A stretch of 33,000 nt of DNA from Octopus sinensis (Eukaryota). Under the pieces are notes generated by a model. It did no database searches. It worked only from the letters and a program-made list of their open reading frames with translations, and had not been told where the DNA came from. Location of the stretch: NCBI RefSeq assembly GCF_006345805.1, contig NC_042999.1:50313001-50346000 (forward strand). The letters run 5' to 3'. Positions 21,040-33,000 of this stretch are shown piece after piece. Position 1 is the stretch's first letter. Each line of letters begins with the position of its first letter. Both the position numbers and the translations under genes were made by a program.

Positions 21040-21425
21040 TGCAGTTTCCATCTACCAAATTCAGTCAGAAGTTTGTGGTTGGCATAGGGCTGTAGTATAA
21101 AACACTTGCCCAAGGTACCATGCAGTGGGACCGATTGTAAAACCATGTAGTTGTGTAGTTGGGAAGCAAACTTCTCAACCACACAGTCATTTTTGCACCC
21201 AATATGCATGCATGTGTGTGTGTTTGTGTGTTTGTGTGTGTGTGTTTGTTTACATTTATTGTTAAATCGAATATTGTGTCCCACTATGTCTCAAAGTTAG
21301 CAGTTCTTCAAGCAGAAATCTATAGAATAAATGCCAGATTAAAATAAGTACTGGGGTCAGTATGATCAATTAAATTTTTGAATGTGATACCCCAACATGG
21401 TGACAGTCAAAAGACTAAACCCAGT
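21040..21425. mobile_element. Family B SINE with head (-) and tail (+) in opposite orientations
   Basis: 21040-21192 is the head and core on the minus strand. 21205-21425 is the microsatellite and tail on the plus strand. Confidence 0.65.
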
Positions 21426-21789
21426 AAGATAATGCTTAAAGATTTAATTGCTTCAAATCTAAGGTAATGGATTACTAACCACAAGATAATGAGTTCAAAA
21501 CTTTGTATTGAACTTCCACTCTATACGGTAACACTATATATACATCTCAGTCTACTTGACTTCCAACAATTAACAATTGTAATTTGAAGTTGAATGGTTA
21601 GCAGTAAAAAAGGTATCCAGATTTCTTTAAAACTTATTGTGCAAAAAGTACTTCTGAGAAAAAGTACTTTTTTCACCACAACAAAACACACATGCATAGG
21701 TGTCTCTGTGGTAACTTGAGATACTAGAAATAGCAGCCAAATCTCTGTTAAAATACACCCTTTTGTCAAAAGAGAAACACAGATTTACA

Positions 21790-22200
21790 GTATTTCAGGA
21801 AGGAAAAAAAGTGTGTACTTGGTCTGCTACAACAGAGGCACCTCTGAGCTAAACAAAACACAGACACGCATACTTCACATTAAAAGATTATCTTCTAAAT
21901 AACACTAACAAAGTTGACAGTATATCCTTGAAGTTTCATTCCTTGGTAAATCTCCATGTATTTTAAACATTTTCTCAATATGCTCTATCTAAAACTAAGA
22001 TTCTTGGGGCAGAGTTCCTTCCCTTGGCTAAAGACCTCAAAACTGTGCAACCTGTACTCGTTTTCAACGCTATTTTTGTAGTAAAAAAAGAGTTGTACAA
22101 AACACATACTTTATTTGGAAGACGAAAGATTACTGAATCTTTTGATACCTCATATGTCAAAATCAGCAACTCAGTTTTTGAATCCATAAGGAACACACAC
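21790..22200 (-). pseudogene. Possible decayed piggyBac transposase C-terminus
   Basis: [24 protein letters not shown], then HGDLP..RIYCQLC..F*CEVC..LC, reminiscent of the Cys-rich C-terminal domain. Heavily disrupted. Confidence 0.3.
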
Positions 22201-22221
22201 AAACTCTGTTTTAATATATTG

Positions 22222-22253
<32 letters not shown>

Positions 22254-22255
22254 GA

Positions 22256-22291
<36 letters not shown>

Positions 22292-22354
22292 ATATATGTA
22301 TGTATGTGTGTATATATATATATGAATGCATATATATATATATGAATGTATATA

Positions 22355-22396
<42 letters not shown>

Positions 22397-22432
22397 ATAT
22401 GTATGTATGTGTATATATATATATATATATAT

Positions 22433-22486
<54 letters not shown>
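22222..22486. repeat. Degenerate (TA)n microsatellite
   Basis: Direct run. Confidence 0.95.
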
Positions 22487-22487
<1 letters not shown>

Positions 22488-22719
22488 TGATATTATTTTC
22501 AAATTCATTGTCAATTCATTCTGAAGATCTCATTAACTCACATTTTATCACCAATATGTATATTCAAAACTGATTTTCTTTTTTTCCCTCAAGACTATTT
22601 AGAGAATTACCGATGTCAAGTTCGATTGTTGTACATAAATCAATTTAACGGTTTTCCTATTTTATAAATATTATTATCAGTCTTAACAGAAAAGAATATA
22701 AAAGAAAATCTGAATTATT

Positions 22720-23160
22720 GCTACCTGGAAATGGTTATGGTCGATATGCAGAAAATGCGGGTAGGAATTATATACTGTATACCCAATGTAAACTACAGGT
22801 GCACAAGAGATGCCGTGCGATTGAAAGCAAGCTGACAGAAAAGTAGGACTTTATATGTAACAGATGCACAGGAATATTTAATAGTAAATACAATCATAGA
22901 ATGAACTCATTGAAATTCCTAGAAAGGCAGTTGACAGTTTCTTGTTATTTAAGTGTGTTTACATAACGGCAAAGAGAGACCAATAGAATAAGTACTAGGC
23001 TTACAAAGAATAAATCCTGGGGTCGATTTTCTCACCTAAAGGTGGTGCTCCAGCATGGCCACAGTCAAATGACTGAAACAAGTAAAAGAGTAAAAGAGTA
23101 ACAGTGAATGTGGGTGCTTTGAAACATAGCAGCCAGAATAGGAATGGGCTGAAGAGCTTG
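22720..23160 (+). pseudogene. Internal RTE LINE fragment with a Cys/His finger, interrupted by a SINE tail
   Basis: WKWLWSICRKCG / GRNYILYTQCKLQVHKRC..FICNRCTG, then remnants resembling the 'F.YLG..GGC..ARI..GW' RTE region. Confidence 0.6.
22965..23100 (+). mobile_element. Family B SINE 3' tail
   Basis: gaataagtactaggcttacaaagaata..ccagcatggccacagtcaaatgactgaaacaagtaaaagagtaaaagag. Confidence 0.85.
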
Positions 23161-23351
23161 CTTTTAAGTCAACATGTTTTCAATCCCATTGCATCTCTTG
23201 TGCACCCTTAGTTTACATTGGGCACACAGTATAGAGTTTCTATCTGCATCAATTAACAGTCAAAGAGGAATTCTTTCTCTGAGTGGAAAGTAGTTGTATG
23301 ATACTTGTGTGTAGAGTGTGATATTGTGTTAAGATGAATTCAGAAGATATC

Positions 23352-23660
23352 ATCATCATCATCATCATCATCATCATCGTTTAACATGGGTGCACCAGGC
23401 TCCAATCTTGATCTGGCAGTGTTTCTACAGCTGGATGTCCTTCCTAACACCAACCACTCCGAGAGTGTAGTGGGTGCTTTTACCTACCACCGGCATGAGA
23501 GCCAGTCAGGCGGTACTGGCAACAGCCATGCTCAAATCTTTTCACATATGCCACCAGAACAGGTGCTAGTAAGGCAATGCTGGTAACAATCAAGCTCGAA
23601 TGGTGCCTTTTACGTGCTACTGGCACGGAAGCCAGTTAGCCACTCTGGCAACGATCACAT
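23352..23660 (-). mobile_element. Decayed RTE 3'-UTR-type element
   Basis: (tca)n then gtttaacatg..gcagtgtttctacagctggatg..gtgggtgcttttac, the reverse complement of the family pattern. Confidence 0.75.
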
Positions 23661-24179
23661 GCTCCATCTAATCCAGAAATCCCATAATTTCATAATCCCA
23701 TAATTTCATAATCCTGAGTCCAACATTGTAGCCTTTAGCTCACATACAATCAGTTTGTCTTGTTTTGGTATGATATTTTTTCGTAACTATAAAATGTAAC
23801 AATAGGTTTATAAATTTCTTATTCTACTACAAACAACTTCAACAGGATTTAGCCCTTTATAAATAATGAAAGCAGAGACAAAATATAAACCAAAATAAAG
23901 ATACATATAATACCAACACATTAGGTTTCCAGCACAATTTAAAGAATTTTTAGAGATACAATAAACCATTAACAATAAATTTACTTTTTGCTTTTGCTTT
24001 TTTTTATTTATCTTTGTGATTTTTATGTGTGTATAGTTGGTATGAGAGAAAATAATGAATATAGCTGGTTCCTTAAAATATCTTAATTGAACTAAATAAT
24101 GGAAAGGAAAACTGATGAGAAGCTATGCAAGATTTTTTTTCTCCTGTAATTTTTATAGCAATATGTGCATACACAGATA

Positions 24180-24476
24180 TACACAAATACACACGTCTAA
24201 ATGGATACATATATATATATATAGACATAAATGTACATAAATATATCTATACACAGAGATCAATATGCACACACACACACACACACTCACATATATATAT
24301 AGAGAGAGAAAAAGAGAAAGAGATGTATGTATATATAAACATATATATACATATATACGTGTGTATATATATATATATGTATATACATACACATATATAC
24401 GTACTTATATACAATATACATATATATATATATAATCATAATACATACATATATATGCATGTATATACATACATAC

Positions 24477-24540
<64 letters not shown>

Positions 24541-24590
24541 TAAACATAGTATGTATGTATGCATATATGTGAGTGTGTATGTCGATATGC

Positions 24591-24635
<45 letters not shown>
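24180..24635. repeat. TA/CA-rich low-complexity tract
   Basis: Direct runs. Confidence 0.9.
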
Positions 24636-24636
<1 letters not shown>

Positions 24637-24797
24637 TGATTGTCCATTAGTTAAAAGCAGCAGCTTTTTGAAGAATAAAGTCACTGGGTTTGGTTTCTAT
24701 TAGTAACTCATTCATTAGCCATAATTTGCTTCAGTAAGTAGGGAAAACAAAAACTATTAAAAATGCAAAAAATGAACTATATATATGTATATATAGG

Positions 24798-24882
<85 letters not shown>

Positions 24883-24921
24883 TGATAGATAGACAGATAG
24901 ATAGACAGATAGATAGATAGA
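24798..24921. repeat. (GATA)n microsatellite
   Basis: Direct run. Confidence 0.95.
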
Positions 24922-27521
24922 TATGTGAATGTATGCATGTATTATGTATGTATGTATGTGAATTCCTTACACAAAATTTTGACAAAAAATTATGACAAAG
25001 GATATGTATTAGATGATAGCATATATAAAGGAAATATATAAAGGAAATATATATATATTAAATGATATCATATTTAAAGGAAAAGTGTGGTAATATATTT
25101 TATTGAATATTTTAGAAATTGTATTTTGTTCATATATAGTTGTGTATATGTATGTGTGTTCCTGTGCACACATATAACAGAAATAGAGAGGGGGAAAAAA
25201 GAGATTGCTGGCATTTATGTGTGCAAGTGTGTGTATGAGGCAGAGATAAATATTAGTGTGCTTGAGATGTGGAGGTAGAGGTAGTGGAGCAGGAAAGATA
25301 AAATGTGACATTCTCTCTTGGAAAAGTGGGAAGAAACATTAGATAATATGATCCTGGGTACACTATTTCTGACAAAAAAGATGGGGAAATTGTGGTTGGA
25401 ATACTTTCCCCTCACAGGTATTTACAATCAAGACTAACCTATGACAAAATAATATTAGGAACACCACCATCACCATCACCATCATCATGGCTGAACAACA
25501 ACTGTGACATCATCATTATCATCATTATCATTGTTTTATTGTCCACTTGCTTGCACGAGGAACATAGGATTCATTGTGTAAAATTTTCAACACCCAGATA
25601 GATGCCCTTCCTTTTGCTAATCCTCACTTTCTTCTAAGCTATGATAGTCTACAATCAGAGATGTGCTGCCTAGGTAGGTAAGTTAAACAGTGCCTACCTT
25701 GAATAAAATAGATTGATAGCAACATTTTCCTTTTATGGCAAAATATGCACCTAATTCAATAAAATTATGAAGGTTACTCTGATTATTATGTATAAAATGC
25801 AAAATACTTAATTTTTTGTAGATTAGGTGGGCATAATTCGCCCCTGCCTTTCAATCTCAATATTTAAGCTACACATAGTACTGCTGTAGTACACATGCTG
25901 CGTACACTCCTACAACACCGTTTCCTTTATGTGCTATAAAGGCAGAAGTAAATCTGCCTTCAACTCAGTTACATGCCTGTGTTTCACTTATTTTTTGTGT
26001 ATTTCACTACATAAAGGTCACCAACTGCCTACCCTGAGTAATTACTGATGGCACATTCCTGTCTACAACATTCAATGGTTTCTACATACAATTGGGGCCA
26101 AATTTTTAAAACATATTTTCGTATGTACAATGTACTGTTTTCTAGTTATTCAAAGTAAGTAATTTGGTCTAGAACTATATACTTGATTTTGGTTATTTTT
26201 TTCTTCTAGCTATTTAACCATTGGATCATTTATTAGGTAAGTATATCTCTACATTGCATATATTTGAATCAAATTGTACTTGGGTGTAACAATTTAAATT
26301 TTTCTTTTAAAAGTTCCAAACTTTTGGCCATGACTGTAGATAGGGAGTTATCTCAACTGTGCATAACAGGAACTGGCAACACATAAATGATGGTCTCTTG
26401 GAATATAAAGAGACGAGTTTCTAGCTGTGATGTTCCCTGGAGTATACAATATTTTCTGACAATATTTTCATTCATTCTTGCATATTTTGACATACATACA
26501 TACATACAGGAATTGTAAGACATTCCAAAACTCCTCCATCTGAGGTTCTTATGTGAACAGATACACACTTTTGAGTGTATGCATTGACAGTTCAACCAGC
26601 ACACCAACTCAAATATCAGGAAATCTCTTAACTCTCTTGTTGCTTTGCTAGCGACCAGCTTGAACTATCTTAAGAACTTAAATAAAACCTAAAGAAAATT
26701 CATTCATATTTATGTATCATACATACATACATACATTTTTTTCATACAAATGTGTATCAGAATAAACACATTATGCGTCTGCACATGCACTGACTCTAAA
26801 TACCTGCACATATATGCATAACACACATGTATGCATAACAATCCTACTACCTTGTTGAAATTACAAAGAGATTTGGCTCTAAGTTAGAAGTTGGTTCTTT
26901 CTCTATTGGCAAGAAATCTAGAAATGTAACTAAATAACACACACATTATTTCTATTATAATACTTAGATATTGCATGTCATGTGATAAGTGAGTTCCTTC
27001 TCATATTCAAATAAGGTATCACATTGCAATCTCAATAGAATTTTGGTATCCTGAGTTATAATCACGATTAATATTTTCTTGCATCCTTCATGGCCATAAG
27101 GAAGCTCTGTGTAAGGTCATAGACACTGCCATCTCACCTGAGTAAATGATACATAAATAATATATTTTAGATTAATGTAACATTTTCTGCATACTTTATA
27201 AATATATCGTACTATCTATTAAATACACAGTATATATTGTAAACAGTAATGTTAAAGTTCTCCATCATGTTTTAGTGCATTCTGTGTGAAATTAATAACT
27301 GAATCTTATCTGCCATAGCCTAAAACTTATATTAATCTGCTGTATTTATGTAGCTATTTTCCAAAATAATCTACTCCATTCTATTCTCTGGTAAGATTTT
27401 TTTTTCTTTAAAATACATTGTTATAATATTTCAAATTTTACCAAAGTTTTAGATTTTCATAAAGTTATAAATTGAAGAAAAATTCACTGTAGCTTTCTTT
27501 TGTATTTTTTTTTCTTATGTA

Positions 27522-28209
27522 TAGGGTGGTCCGAAAGTCTTGTCACCCCCTACCAAAAAGAAATAAGGACAATAAAAAAACGATAAACGTCACCCTTTTC
27601 AAGCCTAGCCAGGCTCATGGACCTGGTTTCCCAGTTTCTGTGGCATATGTGTTCCCCCCAGCTGGACGGGATGCCAGTCCATCACAGCATTACTCAAGAA
27701 ACAGGAAGAGAGAGTGAGAGAAAGTTGTGGCGAAAGAGTACAACAGGGATCGCTACCACCCACCCCTGCCGGAGCCTCATGGAGCTTTAAGTGTTTTCGC
27801 TCAATAAGCACACACAATGCCCAGTCTGGGAATCGAAACCACGATCCTCCGACCACGAGTCCGCTGCCCTAACCACTGGGCCATTGCGCCTCCACAATAA
27901 GAACAATAGAGGGGCAATATAATAATATCAAACACATGTGCTGGTTTAATATATTCACTTTCATTGAACATGACACTATCACACATTGAGAGGTTTCGTA
28001 TGAACACCAACAGCTTCATAAAATATCACACAGGACATGACACCGCATCATTTTCTGCCATGAAAATGATGGTGTTCCTACAGATCTTCACGGTGTGTAA
28101 CAGTGTCAGTGTCAATGGAAGTGAATATACTAAAACCAGTACAGGAGTTTGATATTATTATATTGTTCCTCTATTGTTCTTAGGGTGACAAGACTTTCAG
28201 ACCACCCTA
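27522..28209. mobile_element. Tc1/mariner-type MITE with long TIRs and TA TSD
   Basis: TA|tagggtggtccgaaagtcttgtcaccc ... gggtgacaagactttcagaccacccta|TA. After removing the nested SINE, the inverted similarity continues for about 115 bp (27896-27990 vs 28095-28185). Confidence 0.85.
27591..27895 (-). mobile_element. Family A SINE inserted in the left TIR of the MITE
   Basis: Reverse complement of the 3756-4058 family. Confidence 0.9.
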
Positions 28210-28297
28210 TAGTTTGAGTTTAACAATAACTGACCTACCACAAATGTTAACATTTCAAAAAACACTAAACAGCAGAAAATAATTACAGCCTCTACTA

Positions 28298-28975
28298 TCA
28301 GAATCATTAGCACACCAGGTAAGATGCTTAGCGGCATTTCGGCCAGCTTCACATTCTGGGTTCAAAATGCCACCGGGGTTCACTTTGCCTTTCATCCTTT
28401 CGAGATTGATAAAAAAGAACAAATTGAGCACTGGGACAAATTTAATTGATATTGCCCCTCCTCTGAAATTGCTGACTTTGTGCCAAAAATTTGAAACCAA
28501 TAATAATGGTTTCAAATTTTGGTACAAGGAATTTTGTGGGGAGGGAGCAGTAAGAAGAATATGTCAACCCCAGCACTGGTACTTATTTTATCAACCTCAA
28601 AAGGATGAAAGGCTAAGTTGACTTTGGTGGAATTTGAACTCAGAACATAAAGATATACAAATTGTCACTAAGCATTTTGTCCAGTGCAGTAATGATTCCA
28701 CTAGCTCACTGCCTTACTATTATCAATAATATTAAGGATACGAAGGCAGCGAGATAGCAGAATCGTTTGCACACTGGGTAAAATGCTTAGTAATATTTTG
28801 TCTGTTGTTACGTTCTGAGTTCAAATTCCACCGAGGTCGACTTTGCCTTTCATCCTTTTGAGGTCAATTAAATAAGTACGAGTTATACACTGGGGTTGAT
28901 GTAATCGACTTAATCCCTTTGTCTGTCCTTGTTTGTCCCCTCTATGTTTAGCCCCACTGTGTGCAATAAAGAAAT
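28298..28975. mobile_element. Cluster of three family D SINEs (+ 28298-28503, - 28560-28716, + 28742-28975)
   Basis: Shared head (cagaatcgttagcac..gagttcaaattcc) and core (ggtcgactttgcctttcatcctt). Confidence 0.8.
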
Positions 28976-28999
28976 AAATGATATTAAGGATACCTTCAA

Positions 29000-29480
29000 C
29001 CTCAGTATTTTATACTAGAAAATTTTGCTGCAGTTACTGCCACTAGAAAATGGTACATGTTGTCTCTGAACTATTGCTTCTCATCAGAAACAAATTATGT
29101 GAAATGGTTCCTATCAACCTCCAGGTGCCTGTGCAACAATGTGCGATTCGAAGTCAAGACTAATGTCTATCAAGGGATTTCATCAAGAGTATTTTGTTAA
29201 ATAGCAATACTGGTCTTCTGAAGCCATACACTGACCAAAAGGGCAAAACCTCAACCAATCTGTCTCTATTCTCATTGAGTTTACAAACCCTGAAAGTGTG
29301 CCCATCGATCCTTCCCAAACAGTCACAAGCTGTTCCTTTATCAAGTGGTATCAGAAAAGTTATTAGTTACAGTTTATTTGAGGCAGCAAAGCATTTGCAG
29401 AAATGTTGCTTTTGGATCCTTCAATGCCATCTTGTACTTTCCCTGCAAAGCAGAATTCCCAAATATTGGCTTGTTCACTT
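29000..29480 (-). pseudogene. Highly decayed Gypsy RT remnant
   Basis: GKYKMALKDPK, RIDGHTFRVCKLNEN, DWLRFCPFGQCMASE and LEVDRNH appear in the order expected for 'GKLRICLDPK', 'LDA..GFW..KLDE', 'WLRLPFGI.SASE' and 'EEHDRNL'. Confidence 0.4.
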
Positions 29481-29507
29481 ATTAATAAAACAACAAAAGG
29501 CACCATA

Positions 29508-29690
29508 CTGACAGAATCGATAACATGCAGGACAAAATGCTTAGCGGCATTTCATCCATCTTTATGTTCTAAGTTCAAATTCTACTTTCAGGGTCAATAA
29601 AATAAGTACCAGTTGTACACTGAGGTCAATGTAATCGACTTAACCCCTTCCCCAAACCTGCTGGACTCGAGCACAAATTTGGAACCAATA
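29508..29690 (+). mobile_element. Family D SINE (internally deleted)
   Basis: gacagaatcgataacatg..aagttcaaattc..gggtcaataaaataagtaccagtt. Confidence 0.75.
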
Positions 29691-30395
29691 TAACAACATA
29701 TTGCTCAGCTGCAAAGCTTACAATCAACAAAATGAAGGATCATAAACTACTTCTGATGATAAACCTTCAACATTAAAACCCCCTTTTGAGGGTAATGTCC
29801 CAGAAAGCACTTTTTCATCACACACTTTCTTTAAATACATATAATTTTTGAAAAACACCTGATATATATTGTATGAACTAAAACAATTTTCTTAAACACA
29901 GCCTAACTATGTGCATCTGCATGCCTTTGTTAATGGTAATAAATATAAAAAAAGTACTCAGTACCAGATGTAGAGTATAAAAAATCCAATTCAGTCTATT
30001 AAAGCCAAATTAACTAAAACTATCAATTTCAAGAAGCTATAAGTGGGTGTGTCTTCAATCTGATTTGGGCCCATATACACACTTCTCAGAAATTATTTGT
30101 CCTTGCTTAATTCCTTTCTGACATTAGGCTTCATGCTGCTTCTGCCTTAAGTATGTATAATCTTTCATTTTTTCCACCATATAGTTTGACAAAGGTTCAT
30201 TTCATTGATACATTGATAGTTCTTTCTTTCCTCCACAGGGTAACACATTGATTGTATTCTTCAGTTCATTTGTATGCATGTGTGTTTTCCCTGTCTTTTT
30301 TATCCTATAATTTACCCGGATAGATGTTTGAATATACACACACATAAACACAAACCTGACTTTCTTTAGTCTTCTTTCACTCTGCTCTGTATGTA

Positions 30396-30473
<78 letters not shown>

Positions 30474-31714
30474 GCAGATATTGGCTTAATGACCAAGAGA
30501 TGTTCAGACTGGACATCAACCACACCAATTTCTCTCTCATATTGCAAGGGCCAGTGAATGTCACAAACCCTCCCATTCCTCCCCTTTGGCTATCTTATCA
30601 ATGAGCTAATAAGGAAACTCCTATGCAGTAATTTGACCAACTAGAAATTACATGTTATAGCATTCCAACCATGAACTGCCAGTTTTGCCTCAGAAACACA
30701 CATTGCAACTTCTTTGTCAGGAGGAATAAGAATGGGATTTGCAAAAGATTTGGCTGCTATTTCTTGCAAGTTAAACAACTGTGTCCAGGCAGCTCCTTTA
30801 TTGGCCTGAGCGAGAGAGCAATCAGTTCATGCTAGAAGTTAATCCAGAGGAAATGCTAATGGAAATTTGAAATATCTCTTTTGTGTAAATTTCAGGAACT
30901 TATTTTTCTTTAGTGGAAAGCAAGGAAATGGAATTTGCATTTAGGTTCCTTTCTTCTTTTTTTTTTTCTTACAGTTTTATATATAATTAGTATCTTGAAG
31001 TTGCTGTATTCTCTGTTTTAATTTGATGGAATTACTTCTAGAAAACAACAAAAAGTATCAACAAATGAAAGTTTGCATTGATTTTTAGATTAGAACTGAG
31101 ATTACCGCTTGTATTTAGAAACATTTTGAAGAAATTGAATAAAATAGGAAACAGATAAATAAAACTGCTGAAAAGATGCAACAACAATATTTTAATTGAA
31201 GACAAAAGAATTTTAAAAAAGAGATTTGTATGATACAATTGATACTAAGTATTATGAATAAGACATTTAAATCAATCTTTCATTAAAACGATTTTTTTAT
31301 ATAGATTAACATTATTTCAGTTAAAGACTTCAATGAACCTGAAATAATAACCTATGCTTATAGTGAATTACTTGGTTGAAAACTCAGTTTATTAAGAAAA
31401 CCAAAGCCATGAAAGTGAACGGGAAAAATGAAATTAGTTTAAAAGCGAAAGACAGTGAAGTAAAATGTGTAATTATTTCCTTGTTCAGTAGAACATAACA
31501 AACTTATTCATCAATTAACAATAAACTCCTTTTCTTTTTTATGATATTTTATTTATATTGTATATGAATAACAGTGAATCTGAAATCTCTTGTGAGCCTA
31601 CAAAATAAAATAAACCCAAGGAATATCAGGGGATTCATACAATTCTGTATTTCTGAGATGAGGAATTTTATATTATGTATTAGTTGGAGTGTTGACCTTA
31701 TCAAGATGAAAGTA

Positions 31715-31970
31715 CCAGAACATAATGGCAGGCGAAATACCTATTTCTTTATTACCCACAAGGGGCTAAACACAGAGGGGACAAACAAGGACAGACACAT
31801 GGATTAAGTCGATTACATCGACCCCAGTGCGTGACTGGTACTTATTTAATCAACCCCGAAAGGATGAGAGGCAAAGTCGACCTCGGCGGAATTTGAACTC
31901 AGAACGTAACGGCAGATGAAATACGGCTACGCATTTCGCCTGGTGTGTTAATGATTCTGCCAGCTCACCA
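31715..31970 (-). mobile_element. Family D SINE with the start of a second unit
   Basis: Reverse complement of the 32500 element, including the junction aaagaaataggtatttcg. Confidence 0.85.
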
Positions 31971-32500
31971 TCTTTGACCTCCTACACTTACCCTACAGTA
32001 TCATTATAAAAATATACAATCACATCTTTAAAAATTTCAGAGCTATATGATGATGCATGGTTAATTCAAAATGTGGATAAATAAGAATTGAAAAAGACAG
32101 AACAATCTAAATGCTGAGAGGTTAAATGATAGGGAAGCAAATTAAAAACATTTTCTGTCTTTGGTTAAGCCTGAAGGAAGAGGCTGTGCCAAAAGTGTTT
32201 GCAGGTTCTTCAACACTCATGTGACCAATGTAGTTAATGTTCCTCTTGAATAATTGAAAGTGAGAGGAAACAGTATGTCTGTGGTCAGAGATAAATGAAA
32301 CAAAGCAACAGTAACTACAATAAAAGCAATGATAATGGCTGCTTTAACACCACTCAGCCTGTTAGTGGTCTACTTTGCTGAAAGCATTTCAGCTTGGTCT
32401 CTCAATTGGGGGTAAATTTATCTCTTCTTCTTACCAGTCTTGGAGGCCCTGCAAAGGGTTAGAGAAAAGACTTACTCTCAAAGGACTAGCTGAACAGAAA

Positions 32501-33000
32501 AAGGCAGCGAGCTGGCAGAAACGTTACCACACCGGGCAAAATGCGTAGCCATATTTCGTCTGCCGTTACGTTCTGAGTTCAAATTCCGCCAAGGCCAACC
32601 TTGCCTTTCATCCTTTCGGGGTCGATAAATTAGGTACCAGTTATGCACTGGGGTCGATGTAATCGACTTGATCTGTTTGTCTGTCTCCTCTGTGTTTAGC
32701 CCCTTGTGGGTAGTATAGAAATAGGTATTTTGTCTGGCGCTACATTCTGAGTTCAAATTATGCCGAGGTCGACTTTGCCTTTCATCCTTTCGGGGTCGAT
32801 AAATTAAGTACCAGTTACACACTGGGGTCGATGTAATCGATTTGATCCATATGTCTGTCTCCTCTGTGTTTAGTCCCTTGTGGGTAGTAAAGAAATAGGT
32901 ATTTTGTCTGGTGCTACATTCTGAGTTCAAATTATGCCGAGGTCGACTTTGCCTTTCATCCTTTCGGGTCGATTAAATAAGTACCAGTTATGCATTGGGG
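32501..33000 (+). mobile_element. Family D SINE multimer with a 174-bp tandem unit, running off the window end
   Basis: ttctgagttcaaatt recurs at 32571, 32745 and 32919. Confidence 0.9.

Noticed and set aside
26505-26690. Apparent minus-strand exon (ttttctttAG ... CCT|gtatgt)
   Set aside because: Stops in all three frames right after the acceptor, and the donor is the edge of a (TATG)n repeat.

Overview
AT-rich, repeat-dense eukaryotic DNA that looks intronic or intergenic. The SINE and LINE repertoire suggests a cephalopod, probably Octopus; this is recognised from memory, not from a search. No intact host protein-coding gene can be supported. The supplied ORFs come from microsatellites, SINE/LINE UTRs or decayed transposon proteins. 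The window holds a decayed Ty3/Gypsy gag-pol relic (~12.65-16.1 kb) with nested insertions, plus two weaker Gypsy relics. It also has RTE LINE pieces and their 3'-UTR copies, four tRNA-headed SINE families, two Tc1/mariner-type MITEs, and a 1-kb non-autonomous Helitron that contains a piggyBac transposase fragment. The most notable signal is a cluster of three minimal type-I hammerhead-ribozyme-like motifs at 18.0-18.5 kb in Penelope-like (PLE) repeats. All three have a non-canonical core with C at position 4. One also has a U3-A8 pair, and the other two sit in an inverted fold-back. All family assignments come from by-eye motif and translation matching and need Dfam/Repbase/HMM confirmation.
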